64,000 bases of DNA from Aulosira sp. ZfuVER01 (GCA_034530615.2 JAVRCV020000012.1:26880-90879), one strand, 5' to 3'; shown: positions 1-10,678, numbered from the stretch's first letter. The notes: generated by a model from the letters alone, not told the origin. Program-made: numbers and translations.

Positions 1-765
1 GAAATGTTTGGCTATCTACCTGGTGGATATGCACGCATTCTTCAACGCTTTGCAGAGGTATTGACTGAAGAAGAAGTTGATATCAAGCTGCAACATATAG
101 CTAAGATAGTGCAATCAACAGGTAATGGAAAAGTCTGTGTCGAGTTTCAAAACGACCAGCGACACGTATTTGATCAAGTGGTATTAACAACAGCAGCGCC
201 AATTGTGGCTCAAATATGTTCGGGACTGACGGATGAGGAATTATCCAAGCACAAAGGGATTCAATATCAAGGAGTTATTTGCGCCTCTTTGCTACTCAAA
301 AAACCACTTTCTCAATACTACGTTACTAACATTACTGATTCCTGGGTTCCTTTTACCGGGATAATTGAAATGTCTACTTTGGTAGATCATAAACATTTTA
401 ATGACAATTCCCTTGTATACATTCCCAAATATGTCACACCAGAAGATCCTGCTTTTTTATTATCTGATCACGAACTCGAAGATATTTTTTTAGGGTCGCT
501 AATGCGGATGTATCCTCATCTTCACTCCTCAGATATCCTCTGTTTTCGTGTCTCTCGTGTGCGTTATGTGCTAGCAATTTCCACATTAAATTACTCTAGA
601 AATTTACCTTCTATTAGTACTTCAATTCCAGGTGTTAGCATTGTTAATTCTGCTCAAATTACTAATGGAACTTTAAATGTTAACGAAACTATTCAGTTAG
701 CTGAAAAGACGATAAAAAAGCTTTTATTATTGCATGAATATAATACTATTGCTCATAAAAATTAA
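1..765 (+). CDS. C-terminal part of an NAD(P)/FAD-dependent oxidoreductase (protoporphyrinogen-oxidase/amine-oxidase-like); gene begins upstream of the window
   Basis: Frame is open from base 1 (GAA ATG TTT). The GYLPGGY...FDQVVLT and WVPFTGIIEM segments resemble this flavoprotein family. The N-terminal GxGxxG motif is absent, so the gene is partial. Confidence 0.7.
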   Translation, partial: EMFGYLPGGYARILQRFAEVLTEEEVDIKLQHIAKIVQSTGNGKVCVEFQNDQRHVFDQVVLTTAAPIVAQICSGLTDEELSKHKGIQYQGVICASLLLKKPLSQYYVTNITDSWVPFTGIIEMSTLVDHKHFNDNSLVYIPKYVTPEDPAFLLSDHELEDIFLGSLMRMYPHLHSSDILCFRVSRVRYVLAISTLNYSRNLPSISTSIPGVSIVNSAQITNGTLNVNETIQLAEKTIKKLLLLHEYNTIAHKN

Positions 766-928
766 TAGTATTTTATTTTTTATAGAGTTTGCTTAACTAA
801 GCTATATAAAATTTATCAGTAACCTTTCACACTCTCCCCCTAAGTGTTTCGACCATTTTGCAGGGGTAGTGAGTATATAATTACAATTTATACAAGTTCA
901 TAATATTTTTATAATCTGGTAAAATTTT

Positions 929-1807
929 ATGTATGACGATAATATTTATTGCTCTAGATGTCCTGTTTGTAATCACTCTCAATTAACACAAATCTATCAG
1001 TTTAAAAATTTTTGTGTTATGAAATGTAAGAAATGTAAAAATTCATGGCGTACTAATATGTATGATCAAGAAAAAATATCAAGTATATATCGTAGCGATG
1101 AATATGCAAAAGATCCCTTCTTTTTATATGAAAAAAATCATGTAGAAAATTTAACAAAAAAAAGATACAAAAATTTTCACCGCGGATTAGTTAATATTGA
1201 ATCAAAAACAGGAGTTGGTAAGCTATTAGATGTTGGTTGCGGCTCAGGTGCTTTCTTATCTATTGCTCAGGAAAGGGGTTGGCATGTAGATGGGATTGAA
1301 CTTTCGTCATCGCTTGCTCAGATTTGTGAACAGAATGTAAATATTACTGTAACCAACACTTCTTTTGAGGAAGCTAACTTACCAACAAACTATTATGATG
1401 CTATTACCTTTTGGGATATCATTGAACATGTGATCGATCCAGTTTTTTGTATGAAAAAAGCAAAGACTCTTCTAAAATCAGGAGGAGTTATGTTATTTTG
1501 TACTCCTAATGAAGATAGCCTACTTGCTGGAGTAGCATGGACTTTGTATAAATTAAGTAGTTCATACTACAGCTATCCTGCCCTAGCTTTACACCCTGAT
1601 TATCATACATATTTCTTTTCTAGACAAGGTTTGATCAAAACACTTTTAGAAATAAATATGAAGCCAATCAAATCTTATTCACAAGAGGCTTTTTTCGAGC
1701 ATTCCCCTCTTGCTAGTGAAATTCAAAAAAGAGTAATAGCTTTGATAGAAAAAGTAGGGAGCATATTTGACTACTCATATGAATTGGTTATATTAGCAGA
1801 AATTTAG
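929..1807 (+). CDS. Class I SAM-dependent methyltransferase with N-terminal Cys (Zn-ribbon-like) motifs
   Basis: LLDVGCGSG SAM motif; YDAITFWDIIEHV; CPVC/CKKC at the N-terminus. Confidence 0.9.
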   Translation: MYDDNIYCSRCPVCNHSQLTQIYQFKNFCVMKCKKCKNSWRTNMYDQEKISSIYRSDEYAKDPFFLYEKNHVENLTKKRYKNFHRGLVNIESKTGVGKLLDVGCGSGAFLSIAQERGWHVDGIELSSSLAQICEQNVNITVTNTSFEEANLPTNYYDAITFWDIIEHVIDPVFCMKKAKTLLKSGGVMLFCTPNEDSLLAGVAWTLYKLSSSYYSYPALALHPDYHTYFFSRQGLIKTLLEINMKPIKSYSQEAFFEHSPLASEIQKRVIALIEKVGSIFDYSYELVILAEI

Positions 1808-1825
1808 TCATTTATTGAGATATTT

Positions 1826-2203
1826 ATGTTTGGCAAAATACAAGATTTACATATTAAATTTCTTTTATATACAGCATTGTTTGGGGGAATTGTTTTTGGA
1901 ATTACTTCCCAACTATTGATGAAATGGGCAATGCTTAATGCTAGTGCAGGATTATTTAGTTGGTCATTTATCTGGAAATTGGCTATTGCTCTAGCTACCT
2001 ATGTTATTGGAGTAGTAAGTTGGATATTTGCACTTAGATTTGTAAATTTGAGTATTGCCTATCCTCTAAGTAGTTTAAATTATATTGGAATTTTTTGGGG
2101 TTCTCATTACTTTTTTAATGAGCAGATAAGAACAATTCAGTTGTTAGGAGTTCTCCTTGTATTTATGGGTATTTTGTTAGTAGTTATTCCATGGCGACTG
2201 TAA
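1826..2203 (+). CDS. SMR/EamA-type 4-TM transporter subunit (ArnE/ArnF-like flippase)
   Basis: 125 aa, four hydrophobic segments, SQLLMK and LSIAYPLSSL motifs. Confidence 0.75.
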   Translation: MFGKIQDLHIKFLLYTALFGGIVFGITSQLLMKWAMLNASAGLFSWSFIWKLAIALATYVIGVVSWIFALRFVNLSIAYPLSSLNYIGIFWGSHYFFNEQIRTIQLLGVLLVFMGILLVVIPWRL

Positions 2204-2222
2204 CCTATCTTTCTTTTGGCGA

Positions 2223-2603
2223 ATGATAAAACTCTTGCTAAATTATATGCATATTATTTCTTATCTTGCTTTAGCACTTGTAATTACGCTTTGGACAGTA
2301 GCACAGGTATCACTGAAGTATACATTTCATGTATCTTCTCAAATGAAAATGGTTATATCGATTCAAAATCTTATAGCTTCTCAATATTTTTGGATTTGGT
2401 TTATTAGCTCTACAGTTGCCACTATATTGTGGCTTTATATATTACGGACTATTCCGCTCAATCAGGCATATCCTGCATTAGGATTAACTTACGCCCTTGT
2501 ACCGCTTACATCTCATTCTTTTATGAAAGAGAAGGTTGTATTTACTCAGTGGTTAGGAATCGTCATTATTGTAACTGGCATAGTTCTTGTTGTTCAAAAA
2601 TAG
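2223..2603 (+). CDS. SMR/EamA-type 4-TM transporter subunit (ArnE/ArnF-like flippase), partner of the preceding gene
   Basis: 126 aa, hydrophobic, AQVSLK and PLNQAYPALGL motifs. Confidence 0.75.
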   Translation: MIKLLLNYMHIISYLALALVITLWTVAQVSLKYTFHVSSQMKMVISIQNLIASQYFWIWFISSTVATILWLYILRTIPLNQAYPALGLTYALVPLTSHSFMKEKVVFTQWLGIVIIVTGIVLVVQK

Positions 2604-2612
2604 TAGAAAATA

Positions 2613-3914
2613 ATGAAAATTTCATTATTAAATCACGCTTGCGTGGTTATCGAAATTAATGAAATAAAATTGCTTTGCGATCCTTGGCTTTTCGGCACAT
2701 GCTTTGAAGGTGGTTGGGGCTTACGGTTTCAAAATGTTGCTGCACTTGATCAGGCTGCTTCTTGTACTCATTTATGGATCTCTCACTTCCATAGCGACCA
2801 TTTTCATGTACCTACTTTAAAAGCGTTGCTTAAAATCAACCCAGAAATCATTATCTTAGGAAATAACTCTTTTAATTTTCAAATGGATGATGTTTTGCAG
2901 AGAATCGGATTTAAAAATGTAATTTCACTTTTTGAAAGAAAAGAAATTACCATAGGTAAAAAGATAGGTGTGAAACGCTTTCCGACAACTGGAATTGACA
3001 ATATGTTGCTGATTCAGAGTGATGAAGGAGTTATTCTAAACTATAACGATTGTAATTTGCCTTGTCGCGCTCGAGAGAATCTTGCTAAAAAAATAGGACA
3101 TATCGATATCTTTCTCAATAACTTTAATCATGCAGGTAAACTGCTAGATTTTCCTTTACCTTCTGAAGATAAAGTTAAAGAGAATTTAAAAGCTTATTTC
3201 GTTAATAACTTTTCATCTTTTTCTCCCAAATGGGTTATTCCTTTTGCTTCTTTTCATTATTATCGTGCATCTGAATCGCAGCAGCAAAACCATTCTATGC
3301 TCCGTGTAGAAGACTTGGTAGGTCTTGACCGCAGAATCATAAATTTAAAGGTCGGGGAAAGTGTTGAATTTAACCAAACACTCTTTCCTAAAGTATTACC
3401 TTCATCAATTGCTCTTACTTCTAACCCTATAGAGATAGAAATTTGGCATAAATCAATTCAATTTGAACAGCTACAGGATGCAGCCGAAAAATTCCGTAAG
3501 AATATAAACATAAAATTTCTTGGGCTGACATTTCTTTTAAAGAAGTTAAAAATTTATATCTTTGACTTAGAAAAATCCGCTGTTTTTGATATGAAAAGAG
3601 GGTTGCTACTCGTCCCAATGAATAACAGTAATTACCATATAAAAGCACATAGCGAGTCTTTGTATAAGTGGTTTACAAAACCATACGGTACTGATAGTTT
3701 TGTTGTTGGTGCCCACTTTGATCTGCTCAACGAAAATACTGTACCGATCAAATGGCAGTTTTTATTCTCTTTGCTTGTTGAAAACAAACTAGACTTGATT
3801 TCTTTGCTTAAGATGATGTTCGTTCCTTCTGGAATTCTATTTATGATTAACCGCAGAGAGGAAATCACTGCATTATTACGTCAAGGCAAATTTAATCCTG
3901 CAGAACAGCGATAA
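2613..3914 (+). CDS. Metallo-beta-lactamase-fold protein, CMP-Neu5Ac-hydroxylase/UlaG-like
   Basis: NHAC...DPWL..G..F..GW, ISHFHSDH (HxHxDH), ILNYNDC and IPFAS motifs. Confidence 0.8.
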   Translation: MKISLLNHACVVIEINEIKLLCDPWLFGTCFEGGWGLRFQNVAALDQAASCTHLWISHFHSDHFHVPTLKALLKINPEIIILGNNSFNFQMDDVLQRIGFKNVISLFERKEITIGKKIGVKRFPTTGIDNMLLIQSDEGVILNYNDCNLPCRARENLAKKIGHIDIFLNNFNHAGKLLDFPLPSEDKVKENLKAYFVNNFSSFSPKWVIPFASFHYYRASESQQQNHSMLRVEDLVGLDRRIINLKVGESVEFNQTLFPKVLPSSIALTSNPIEIEIWHKSIQFEQLQDAAEKFRKNINIKFLGLTFLLKKLKIYIFDLEKSAVFDMKRGLLLVPMNNSNYHIKAHSESLYKWFTKPYGTDSFVVGAHFDLLNENTVPIKWQFLFSLLVENKLDLISLLKMMFVPSGILFMINRREEITALLRQGKFNPAEQR

Positions 3915-3995
3915 TTTATAGCTAAGTTAAAGTTATAGATACATAGAAAAAATCAGTCCATCCAGTAATCCTTGCAGCTTTTTACTTAGTTGCAA

Positions 3996-5543
3996 CAGGG
4001 CAAACGCATCTAAATATAGTACAAGAATACTAAAAAAGGGCTAAAAGCAGGAAAATCTAGCGGCAAAGTTCCGTCTTAGTCGGTGGTATGGAGGATAACT
4101 AAAGCGACTAGGATGGTAAAGTGATGGATGGTCAAAGTAGAATCAAGTACCTAAAAAAGCGTGAAGCTCAAGCCCAAAATTACAATTGCTGACCACTTTG
4201 CACAGATGGAAGATCCAAGAGTAGATCGCACAAAACGGCACAAGTTAATTGATATTCTTACCATTGCCATCTGTGCAGTAATTTGTGGAGCAGATAGTTG
4301 GGTGGCAATTGAACTATATGGCTGCATGAAATATGAATGGTTAAAAACGTTTTTGGAGTCACCAAACGGGATACCATCACACGATACATTTGCAAGGGTA
4401 TTTGCTCAATTAGATACCCAAAAGTTCCAAGAATGTTTTCTGTCATGGATGAGAACAATACAAAAGATAACGTCAGCGGAAATAGTAGCAATTGACGGTA
4501 AGACTCTATGTGGTTCTAATGATAAAGCATCTGGGCAAAGTGCGATTGAAATAGTTAGTGCCTGGGCAACGACAAATAGAATGGTATTAGGTCAAGTAAA
4601 AGTAGATTCTCATTCCAATGAAATTACAGCAATCCCAGAGTTGTTAAAGGTGCTAGAACTGTCTGGGTGTATTGTGACAATAGATGCAATAGGCTGTCAA
4701 AAAAATATTGTAAAGTTAATTGCCCAGCAAGATGCAGACTACGTAATTACCTTAAAAAAGAATCAAGGAAATCTTGCTAATGAAGTAGAAGAACTGATTG
4801 CTGAAGGAATAAGAACAGGCTTCCAAGGATTAAAGCATAGCACGTATAAAACAGAAGAATTTAGTCATGGTCGTCACGAAATTCGTCATTATCTAATGAT
4901 ATCTAATATCGGAAATAAGCTTGACCCAGATTCAGTTTGGGCAAAATTAAATAGCATAGGCATGGTGGAGTCTGTACGGGAATTAGATGACGAGACAACT
5001 GTAGAAACCCGTTATTTTATTAGTAGCCTGGAAGATAACGCCCAAAAGTTTGCTAATTCTATTCGCAGCCATTGGGGAATTGAAAATTCACTACATTGGG
5101 TATTGGATGTAGCATTAAACGAAGATAATTGCCGCATAAGAAAAGATAACGCACCACAAAATTTTGCAGTTCTGCGCCACATTGCAGTGAATCTATTAGG
5201 TAAAGAGAAACGGGTGAAGGTAGGAGTAAAAAACAAACAATTTCTAGCTGCAATGGATAATCAATATTTAACTAGATTACTTTCCTTAGCTTCAAGCTGA
5301 TTTTATAGGACATTGAATCAGGCTATAACTAATTTTCTATTCAGGTCGCAGTTATTAAGTCATCTTGTTCACTTACTGCTAATTGTTGATTTAAAATCAT
5401 ATCTTCAGGGCAAATATTAAATTTTAAATATCTAAGGTTATCCTTTGATTTGTATTCAATATTTATCTCAGAAAACTGTCTTTATTCTAGATATTTGTAT
5501 TTGCTTTCCAATTCTTATTAGTAATTAAGATGCGTTCGCCCTG
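3996..5543 (+). mobile_element. ISAs1-family insertion sequence (1548 bp)
   Basis: Terminal inverted repeats CAGGGCAAACGCATCT (3996-4011) and AGATGCGTTCGCCCTG (5528-5543), one mismatch. Perfect 10-bp flanking direct repeat TTAGTTGCAA at 3986-3995 and 5544-5553. Confidence 0.95.
4161..5300 (+). CDS. ISAs1-family DDE transposase (apparently intact)
   Basis: DPR...HKL, GIPSHDTF, AIDGKT, NEITAIP, TIDAIGCQ and HWGIENSLHWVLDV motifs. Confidence 0.97.
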   Translation: MKLKPKITIADHFAQMEDPRVDRTKRHKLIDILTIAICAVICGADSWVAIELYGCMKYEWLKTFLESPNGIPSHDTFARVFAQLDTQKFQECFLSWMRTIQKITSAEIVAIDGKTLCGSNDKASGQSAIEIVSAWATTNRMVLGQVKVDSHSNEITAIPELLKVLELSGCIVTIDAIGCQKNIVKLIAQQDADYVITLKKNQGNLANEVEELIAEGIRTGFQGLKHSTYKTEEFSHGRHEIRHYLMISNIGNKLDPDSVWAKLNSIGMVESVRELDDETTVETRYFISSLEDNAQKFANSIRSHWGIENSLHWVLDVALNEDNCRIRKDNAPQNFAVLRHIAVNLLGKEKRVKVGVKNKQFLAAMDNQYLTRLLSLASS

Positions 5544-5642
5544 TTAGTTGCAAGGGTTAGTATTTCTAGTTGAAGTTGCAATCTTTACTCGAACAAGTCA
5601 ATTAATTAATAACTCGGTTTAGTCAAGGAGACAAAATTTCAG

Positions 5643-7415
5643 ATGCCTTATGCTTCTGAGTCCGACGTGCCAAAGGTTGATAAGCATCTGTTGAAGGGTT
5701 CTTTACAACTTGATCCCTGGCTAATTGCTGTACTTGCCTGCTTTACCCTGTTTGCTTGGGCTAATTGGGCTAAAGTAGCAGCTCCCATCATTGACGTTGG
5801 ACGTGAAATTGAAATCCCGGCTCGGATTGTCGATGGGCAACTGCTATACCGTGATGTTGTGTCTTTCTATGGTCCACTTGCTTACTATGCTAATGCCTTG
5901 GCACTGAGGTTATTTGGTCACCATTTAGAAGTGTTCTATGCAGTAGGTTTAGTCCTAGCATTGTTAGCAACATTACTGTTTTATCGCTTGGCAAAGCGGC
6001 TGACAAATACTCATTGGGCAGCACTTAGCACCATCTGGATGTTGATTGACTGTGCCATAGGTCCGGGACCGTTTCATTTCATTTTGCCTTATAGTCATGG
6101 TGCGGTTTACGCAATAGTGCTCTGTCTGCTTGCCATCAATTTCCTCGACTGTTATTGCTGTACAGGTAAAATACGATGGCTACTTTTAGCAGCCATCACC
6201 TGTGGAATCGCTGGGCTTGCCAAGCAGGAGTACGGGGTAGCCGCTTTGGGAGGTGTGTTAGTCGGTACTAACTTCTACTCTCCTCAAAACCTAGGGACGA
6301 GAGTAGTGCGTAGCTTGTTTGTGGTGCTGGCAGCGGTTGGTAGTGTAATCTTACCGCTTGCCTTATTGGCCCAGCAGGTTTCTTGGGAGCAACTTTATTT
6401 GTGGCTATTACCAATTCCCAAGTTAGGCATTTTGAATCAAAGCAAAATGTTTCAGCTTTCGCCAGTCCATACCCTTTATTGCTGGTGGAGTGATTTCAAG
6501 GTTTTCTTTCCTACTTCTTTAATAGTTTTAGTGTCAGTGTTAGCTGCTCACAGGCTCTTGAAACCTAGACTGGTAAATAGTCCCAGATGGTTCATAAATA
6601 TAGTCGAATTACTTGTAAGTATTGCTATATCTTTTTGTGGCATAATTTTACTCAGTCGTTCATCTTTTTTCACTTTCTATTCTGACTTTGGTATTTTTAA
6701 ACCTCTGCATTTTTTGTCTTGGTCAGTACCACTTTTAGTAGTGTGGTTTGCTATTAACCGACCGCAAATGGGTCGGTATAAAAATGCACCATTGATGTGG
6801 ACATTAGTTATTTTCTTGCTATTGCTCAACGCCCGTTGGTTATTCTCTATAAATTTTTATGGGCTGTATGCCTGGCCATTAATACTCCTATTTTTTGTGC
6901 CGCTGCACAATTTGCATCAGCGTACTGGGGGATTACTTTGGCGTTACTCACTAGTTTGCCTACTCATTGCCGGCAGTTTAAACTTAAGCTCTTTAGCACA
7001 GTTTCGCTATGCAGTTCAGTCCTCCTATGGAACTTTTTACACTGCCAATACTGCTCTTACTCATGCTTTAAATCAGACTATAAATGCTATCACTGCTTCT
7101 GGATATAGCTCTGTACTTGTATTACCAGAAGGTAATATTCTAAATTTTCTCACAGCAACTCACTCGCCTAGTCGAGAACTGACATTCTTTCCAACCGTTT
7201 TCACCACTACTAAAGACGAGCAAGACTTTATTAAACGTATGCAAGCTAATCCCCCAGACTTAATTGTCTATGTACCTCGTACTTTCCCAGAGTGGGGCTA
7301 TCAAACCTATGGAGAATTTAACCCACTAGTTGACCAATGGATTACCCAACAACATCGTTTGGTTAATACATTCCCTATGGCTGATGGTGCTATTCGTATT
7401 TATGCCCGCGATTGA
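5643..7415 (+). CDS. Multi-pass membrane glycosyltransferase, GT-C fold (ArnT/PMT-like, GT39/GT83)
   Basis: About 12 hydrophobic segments; D-x-G-R-E in the first loop; LYRD...YGPL and KQEYG motifs; soluble C-terminal domain. Confidence 0.75.
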   Translation: MPYASESDVPKVDKHLLKGSLQLDPWLIAVLACFTLFAWANWAKVAAPIIDVGREIEIPARIVDGQLLYRDVVSFYGPLAYYANALALRLFGHHLEVFYAVGLVLALLATLLFYRLAKRLTNTHWAALSTIWMLIDCAIGPGPFHFILPYSHGAVYAIVLCLLAINFLDCYCCTGKIRWLLLAAITCGIAGLAKQEYGVAALGGVLVGTNFYSPQNLGTRVVRSLFVVLAAVGSVILPLALLAQQVSWEQLYLWLLPIPKLGILNQSKMFQLSPVHTLYCWWSDFKVFFPTSLIVLVSVLAAHRLLKPRLVNSPRWFINIVELLVSIAISFCGIILLSRSSFFTFYSDFGIFKPLHFLSWSVPLLVVWFAINRPQMGRYKNAPLMWTLVIFLLLLNARWLFSINFYGLYAWPLILLFFVPLHNLHQRTGGLLWRYSLVCLLIAGSLNLSSLAQFRYAVQSSYGTFYTANTALTHALNQTINAITASGYSSVLVLPEGNILNFLTATHSPSRELTFFPTVFTTTKDEQDFIKRMQANPPDLIVYVPRTFPEWGYQTYGEFNPLVDQWITQQHRLVNTFPMADGAIRIYARD

Positions 7416-7696
7416 TAGACTTTTGATTTTGCTCAATAGACATCTCCAACAACTATCAAACCCTTGCTGTAAATAGCTTTTATCCTGCAAATGCAAGGAT
7501 AGGTTTTTTGCTATTAGATACGATAAAACAAGGATTTGAGATATTTGATGATAGTAATAAGGCAAAAATATGTAGATATGTGCATGAATTTTAACCAGAT
7601 GCAGCAACATCTATTGCTGTTGGTAATATAAGTGTTCCGATTCGCAATCTTACTAATCCAAAATTAGATATTAAATTTAGATCTTAGAAGTTTACG

Positions 7697-10666
7697 ATGA
7701 CAAATCAAACGATATTTACAAATCAGATACCTAGCGACACAAATGCCAGCTATAATGGCAATTCTTTTGAAGTGGGGATGAAATTCCGTAGCGCAATAGC
7801 TGGGCAAATTACAGCAATTCGCTTTTGGAAAGCGGACAGTGAAACTGGCAACCATACTGGCAATATTTGGTCAGCAACGGGTACTAAACTGGCAACTGTG
7901 AATTTTATTAATGAGACTGCATCGGGTGGTTGGCAACAACAAAGTTTGGACGCGCCAATAAACATTCAAGCCAATACAACTTACATAGTCTCTGTCAATG
8001 CCAATAACCATTGGCCCCAAACCTACCAAGGATTGGCAAACCCAATTGTCAATGGAGACCTTAGTTCGGTGGCTGACGGTAGCAATGGAGTCTATAGTGC
8101 TCCTAGTACCTTCCCAACCAATACCTACCTCAACGCCAATTATTTCTGCGACATAGTATTTGTAAGTGTGACTGTACCCACGATTACCAGAGTCAGTGGT
8201 AATAATCAGAGTGGTGCCACAGGAGCTACCTTACCCAATCCATTAGTTGTTTTAATCAAAGACAATAATGGTAATCCTCAATCAGGTGTTCCAGTTAACT
8301 TTGCAGTTACCAGTGGCGGTGGTTCAATATCAACCACTAGTATATCCACTGATGGCAATGGTCAAGCGAGTACGATACTGACCCTAGGGCAAGCACCGGG
8401 TGCAGTAACTCCGGTGACAAATACTGTCAGTGCAATGGCATCTGGCATTGGTAGCGTTACCTTCTCTGCCACAGCCATTCCTCCAAATGCTGGTAATAAC
8501 CAAACGGTCTTGACAAATCAGACACCCAGCAACCCAAATGCTACTGACGGCGGCAACTCATACGAAGTGGGTATGAAGTTCCGCAGTGCCAAGTCTGGGC
8601 AAATTCTAGCGATTCGTTTTTGGAAAGCGGCAGGCGAAATTGGCAGCCATATCGGCAAAATCTGGTCAGAAACTGGTTCTTGCTTGGCAACAGCTACTTT
8701 CAGCACTGAGACTACCTCAGGTTGGCAACAACAGACTCTAGATAATGGACCGCTTGTTATTGATGCCAACACTACCTACATAGTTTCCGTTAATGTTAAC
8801 AGTAGTTGGGTTCAGTCATCCCAGGGATTAACAAACTCAATTATCAATGGGGATCTCAGTTCCTTAGCTGACGGTAACAACGGAATCTATGGTAGCCCAA
8901 ATACCTTGCCAACTAGTACTTACCAGAATGCCAATTATTTCTGTGACATATTATTTATTCCTGGTAGTAACTTAATTAAGGTAAGTGGTGATAATCAGGG
9001 AGGTCAGGTGGGAACGGCCTTACTCAATCCTTTGGTTGTTCAGGTGAAAGACAATTTTGGGAATCCGCAGTCAGGAGCTACGGTTAATTTTACTATCACC
9101 AGCGGTGGTGGTTCCCTTTCTTATTCTATTGTACTTACTGATAGCAACGGTCAGGCGAGTACAGTGCTGACACTAGGGCTAACACCCAGTGGACCAATTG
9201 GTGCGATTGTCACTGCAACGACTCCTGGCATAGGCAACGTGATCTTCACTGCCAGAGCTTTTACACAGCAACCCAATCCCATTGCTATTGAAAACCAAAA
9301 ACTTGGTACTAATAGTTGGAAGATCACCAATCAGGCAGTTTCAGAGATTGCCGCCTATGCCACAACAACTAGTGTAAATAAGGGCGGCTCTTTGCCCATC
9401 AACGTTTCCCTGGCACAACCTGGAACTTTCTCAATCAACGTTTACCGTATAGGTTACTACGCCGGGAAAGGAGCAAGGCTGATAATGACCAGTGGAGTTA
9501 TCAATGGCATTACTCAACCTAACTTGATCACAGATCAAACAACTCGCCTTGTTGAGTCTAATTGGTCAACTTCTTACACAATAGCAGTGGGTGCTGATTG
9601 GACTAGTGGTCTGTACTTTGCCAACCTGACCGATCAAGGAACTGGCAAACAAACATCTGTGTGGTTTGTGGTGCGTGATGACAGCAGCAGATCTAAGATA
9701 CTTTTCCAAAGTAGCTTTACCACCTTCCTAGCTTATAACAACACTGGTGGTTACAGCTTGTACGCCTTTAATTCCATCGGTGGTCAACGAGCATTCAAAG
9801 TGTCCTACGACCGACCATTTGCCCAAACTTTGGGAGCAAATGAATACAACAGTTTATTTCGTTGGGAGTACAATTTGGTTCGCTGGTTGGAATCACAGGG
9901 ATATGATGTCTCCTATATAACTAACATGGATGTTCAATCTAACCCACAAATGCTACAGCAACATCAGGTATTTCTGTCAGCAGGTCATGATGAATACTGG
10001 TCGCTAGAAGAGCGTAATGCTGTTGAGCAAGCCCGCGATGCTGGAGTAAATTTAGCATTTTTCTCAGCTAATACCTGTTATTGGCGAGTGCGGTTCGAGA
10101 ACTCTAATCGGATCATGGCTTGTTACAAAGAAGATTGGGCGCAAGATCCGGTTGCCCCAACGAACAAGTTCCGCAGTATACAAAATAATAGGCCTGAAAA
10201 CGCATTAATTGGCGTGATGTATTCAGGTGCCACAATAGGCGTCTACAGTGGGTTTGACTTTGTTGTCACTAATAGTTCTGACCCTTACTATGCTCACACC
10301 AATCTCAACAATGGTGAGAAACTGAGTCTTTTGGTAGGCTTTGAATTTGATACCGTTGTCAACAACGGGTTTAGTCCACAGGGGTTGCAAGTTTTGTCAC
10401 AATCGCCTGTCAACCCAGATGGCGAAATTGACCAAGATCTTCCTCCAGGAACCGATTTCCTACACTCCTGTGCTGTCCGCTATACTGCCGCTAGCGGTGC
10501 TAAAGTCTTTTCAACTGCTTCTATTCAATGGATGTGGGGACTCGACAGCGATGGTGTTGGCGGACCGAATCGTGTAGATACTCGCGTCAAGCAAATTGCT
10601 GTTAACGTCTTGGCAGATATGGGCGTCAAACCAGTGACTCCAGATCCCAACATCATTGTGCTTTAA
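7697..10666 (+). CDS. Multidomain protein: 2x(DUF4082 + bacterial Ig-like) followed by an N,N-dimethylformamidase beta-subunit-like domain
   Basis: EVGMKFRS..GQI.AIRFWKA...GWQQ...NYFCD occurs twice and SG(N/D)NQ...LPNPLVV...TD.NGQAS twice. The C-terminal part has AYNN.GG.SLY, SYDRP, GHDEYWS and NTCYWRVRF. Confidence 0.85.
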   Translation: MTNQTIFTNQIPSDTNASYNGNSFEVGMKFRSAIAGQITAIRFWKADSETGNHTGNIWSATGTKLATVNFINETASGGWQQQSLDAPINIQANTTYIVSVNANNHWPQTYQGLANPIVNGDLSSVADGSNGVYSAPSTFPTNTYLNANYFCDIVFVSVTVPTITRVSGNNQSGATGATLPNPLVVLIKDNNGNPQSGVPVNFAVTSGGGSISTTSISTDGNGQASTILTLGQAPGAVTPVTNTVSAMASGIGSVTFSATAIPPNAGNNQTVLTNQTPSNPNATDGGNSYEVGMKFRSAKSGQILAIRFWKAAGEIGSHIGKIWSETGSCLATATFSTETTSGWQQQTLDNGPLVIDANTTYIVSVNVNSSWVQSSQGLTNSIINGDLSSLADGNNGIYGSPNTLPTSTYQNANYFCDILFIPGSNLIKVSGDNQGGQVGTALLNPLVVQVKDNFGNPQSGATVNFTITSGGGSLSYSIVLTDSNGQASTVLTLGLTPSGPIGAIVTATTPGIGNVIFTARAFTQQPNPIAIENQKLGTNSWKITNQAVSEIAAYATTTSVNKGGSLPINVSLAQPGTFSINVYRIGYYAGKGARLIMTSGVINGITQPNLITDQTTRLVESNWSTSYTIAVGADWTSGLYFANLTDQGTGKQTSVWFVVRDDSSRSKILFQSSFTTFLAYNNTGGYSLYAFNSIGGQRAFKVSYDRPFAQTLGANEYNSLFRWEYNLVRWLESQGYDVSYITNMDVQSNPQMLQQHQVFLSAGHDEYWSLEERNAVEQARDAGVNLAFFSANTCYWRVRFENSNRIMACYKEDWAQDPVAPTNKFRSIQNNRPENALIGVMYSGATIGVYSGFDFVVTNSSDPYYAHTNLNNGEKLSLLVGFEFDTVVNNGFSPQGLQVLSQSPVNPDGEIDQDLPPGTDFLHSCAVRYTAASGAKVFSTASIQWMWGLDSDGVGGPNRVDTRVKQIAVNVLADMGVKPVTPDPNIIVL
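7703..9260 (+). repeat. Intragenic tandem duplication of a ~260-aa DUF4082+Ig unit (about 7703-8480 and 8498-9260)
   Basis: Two clearly alignable protein repeats in the translation; boundaries approximate. Confidence 0.85.
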
Positions 10667-10678
10667 AAACAGTCTGGG

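Noticed and set aside
828..872. Possible hairpin or structured RNA between the first two genes
   Set aside because: Pairing is short and imperfect; insufficient support.
7750..8772. Two similar minus-strand ORFs (7750-7965, 8518-8772)
   Set aside because: They are antisense shadows of the duplicated DUF4082 domains.
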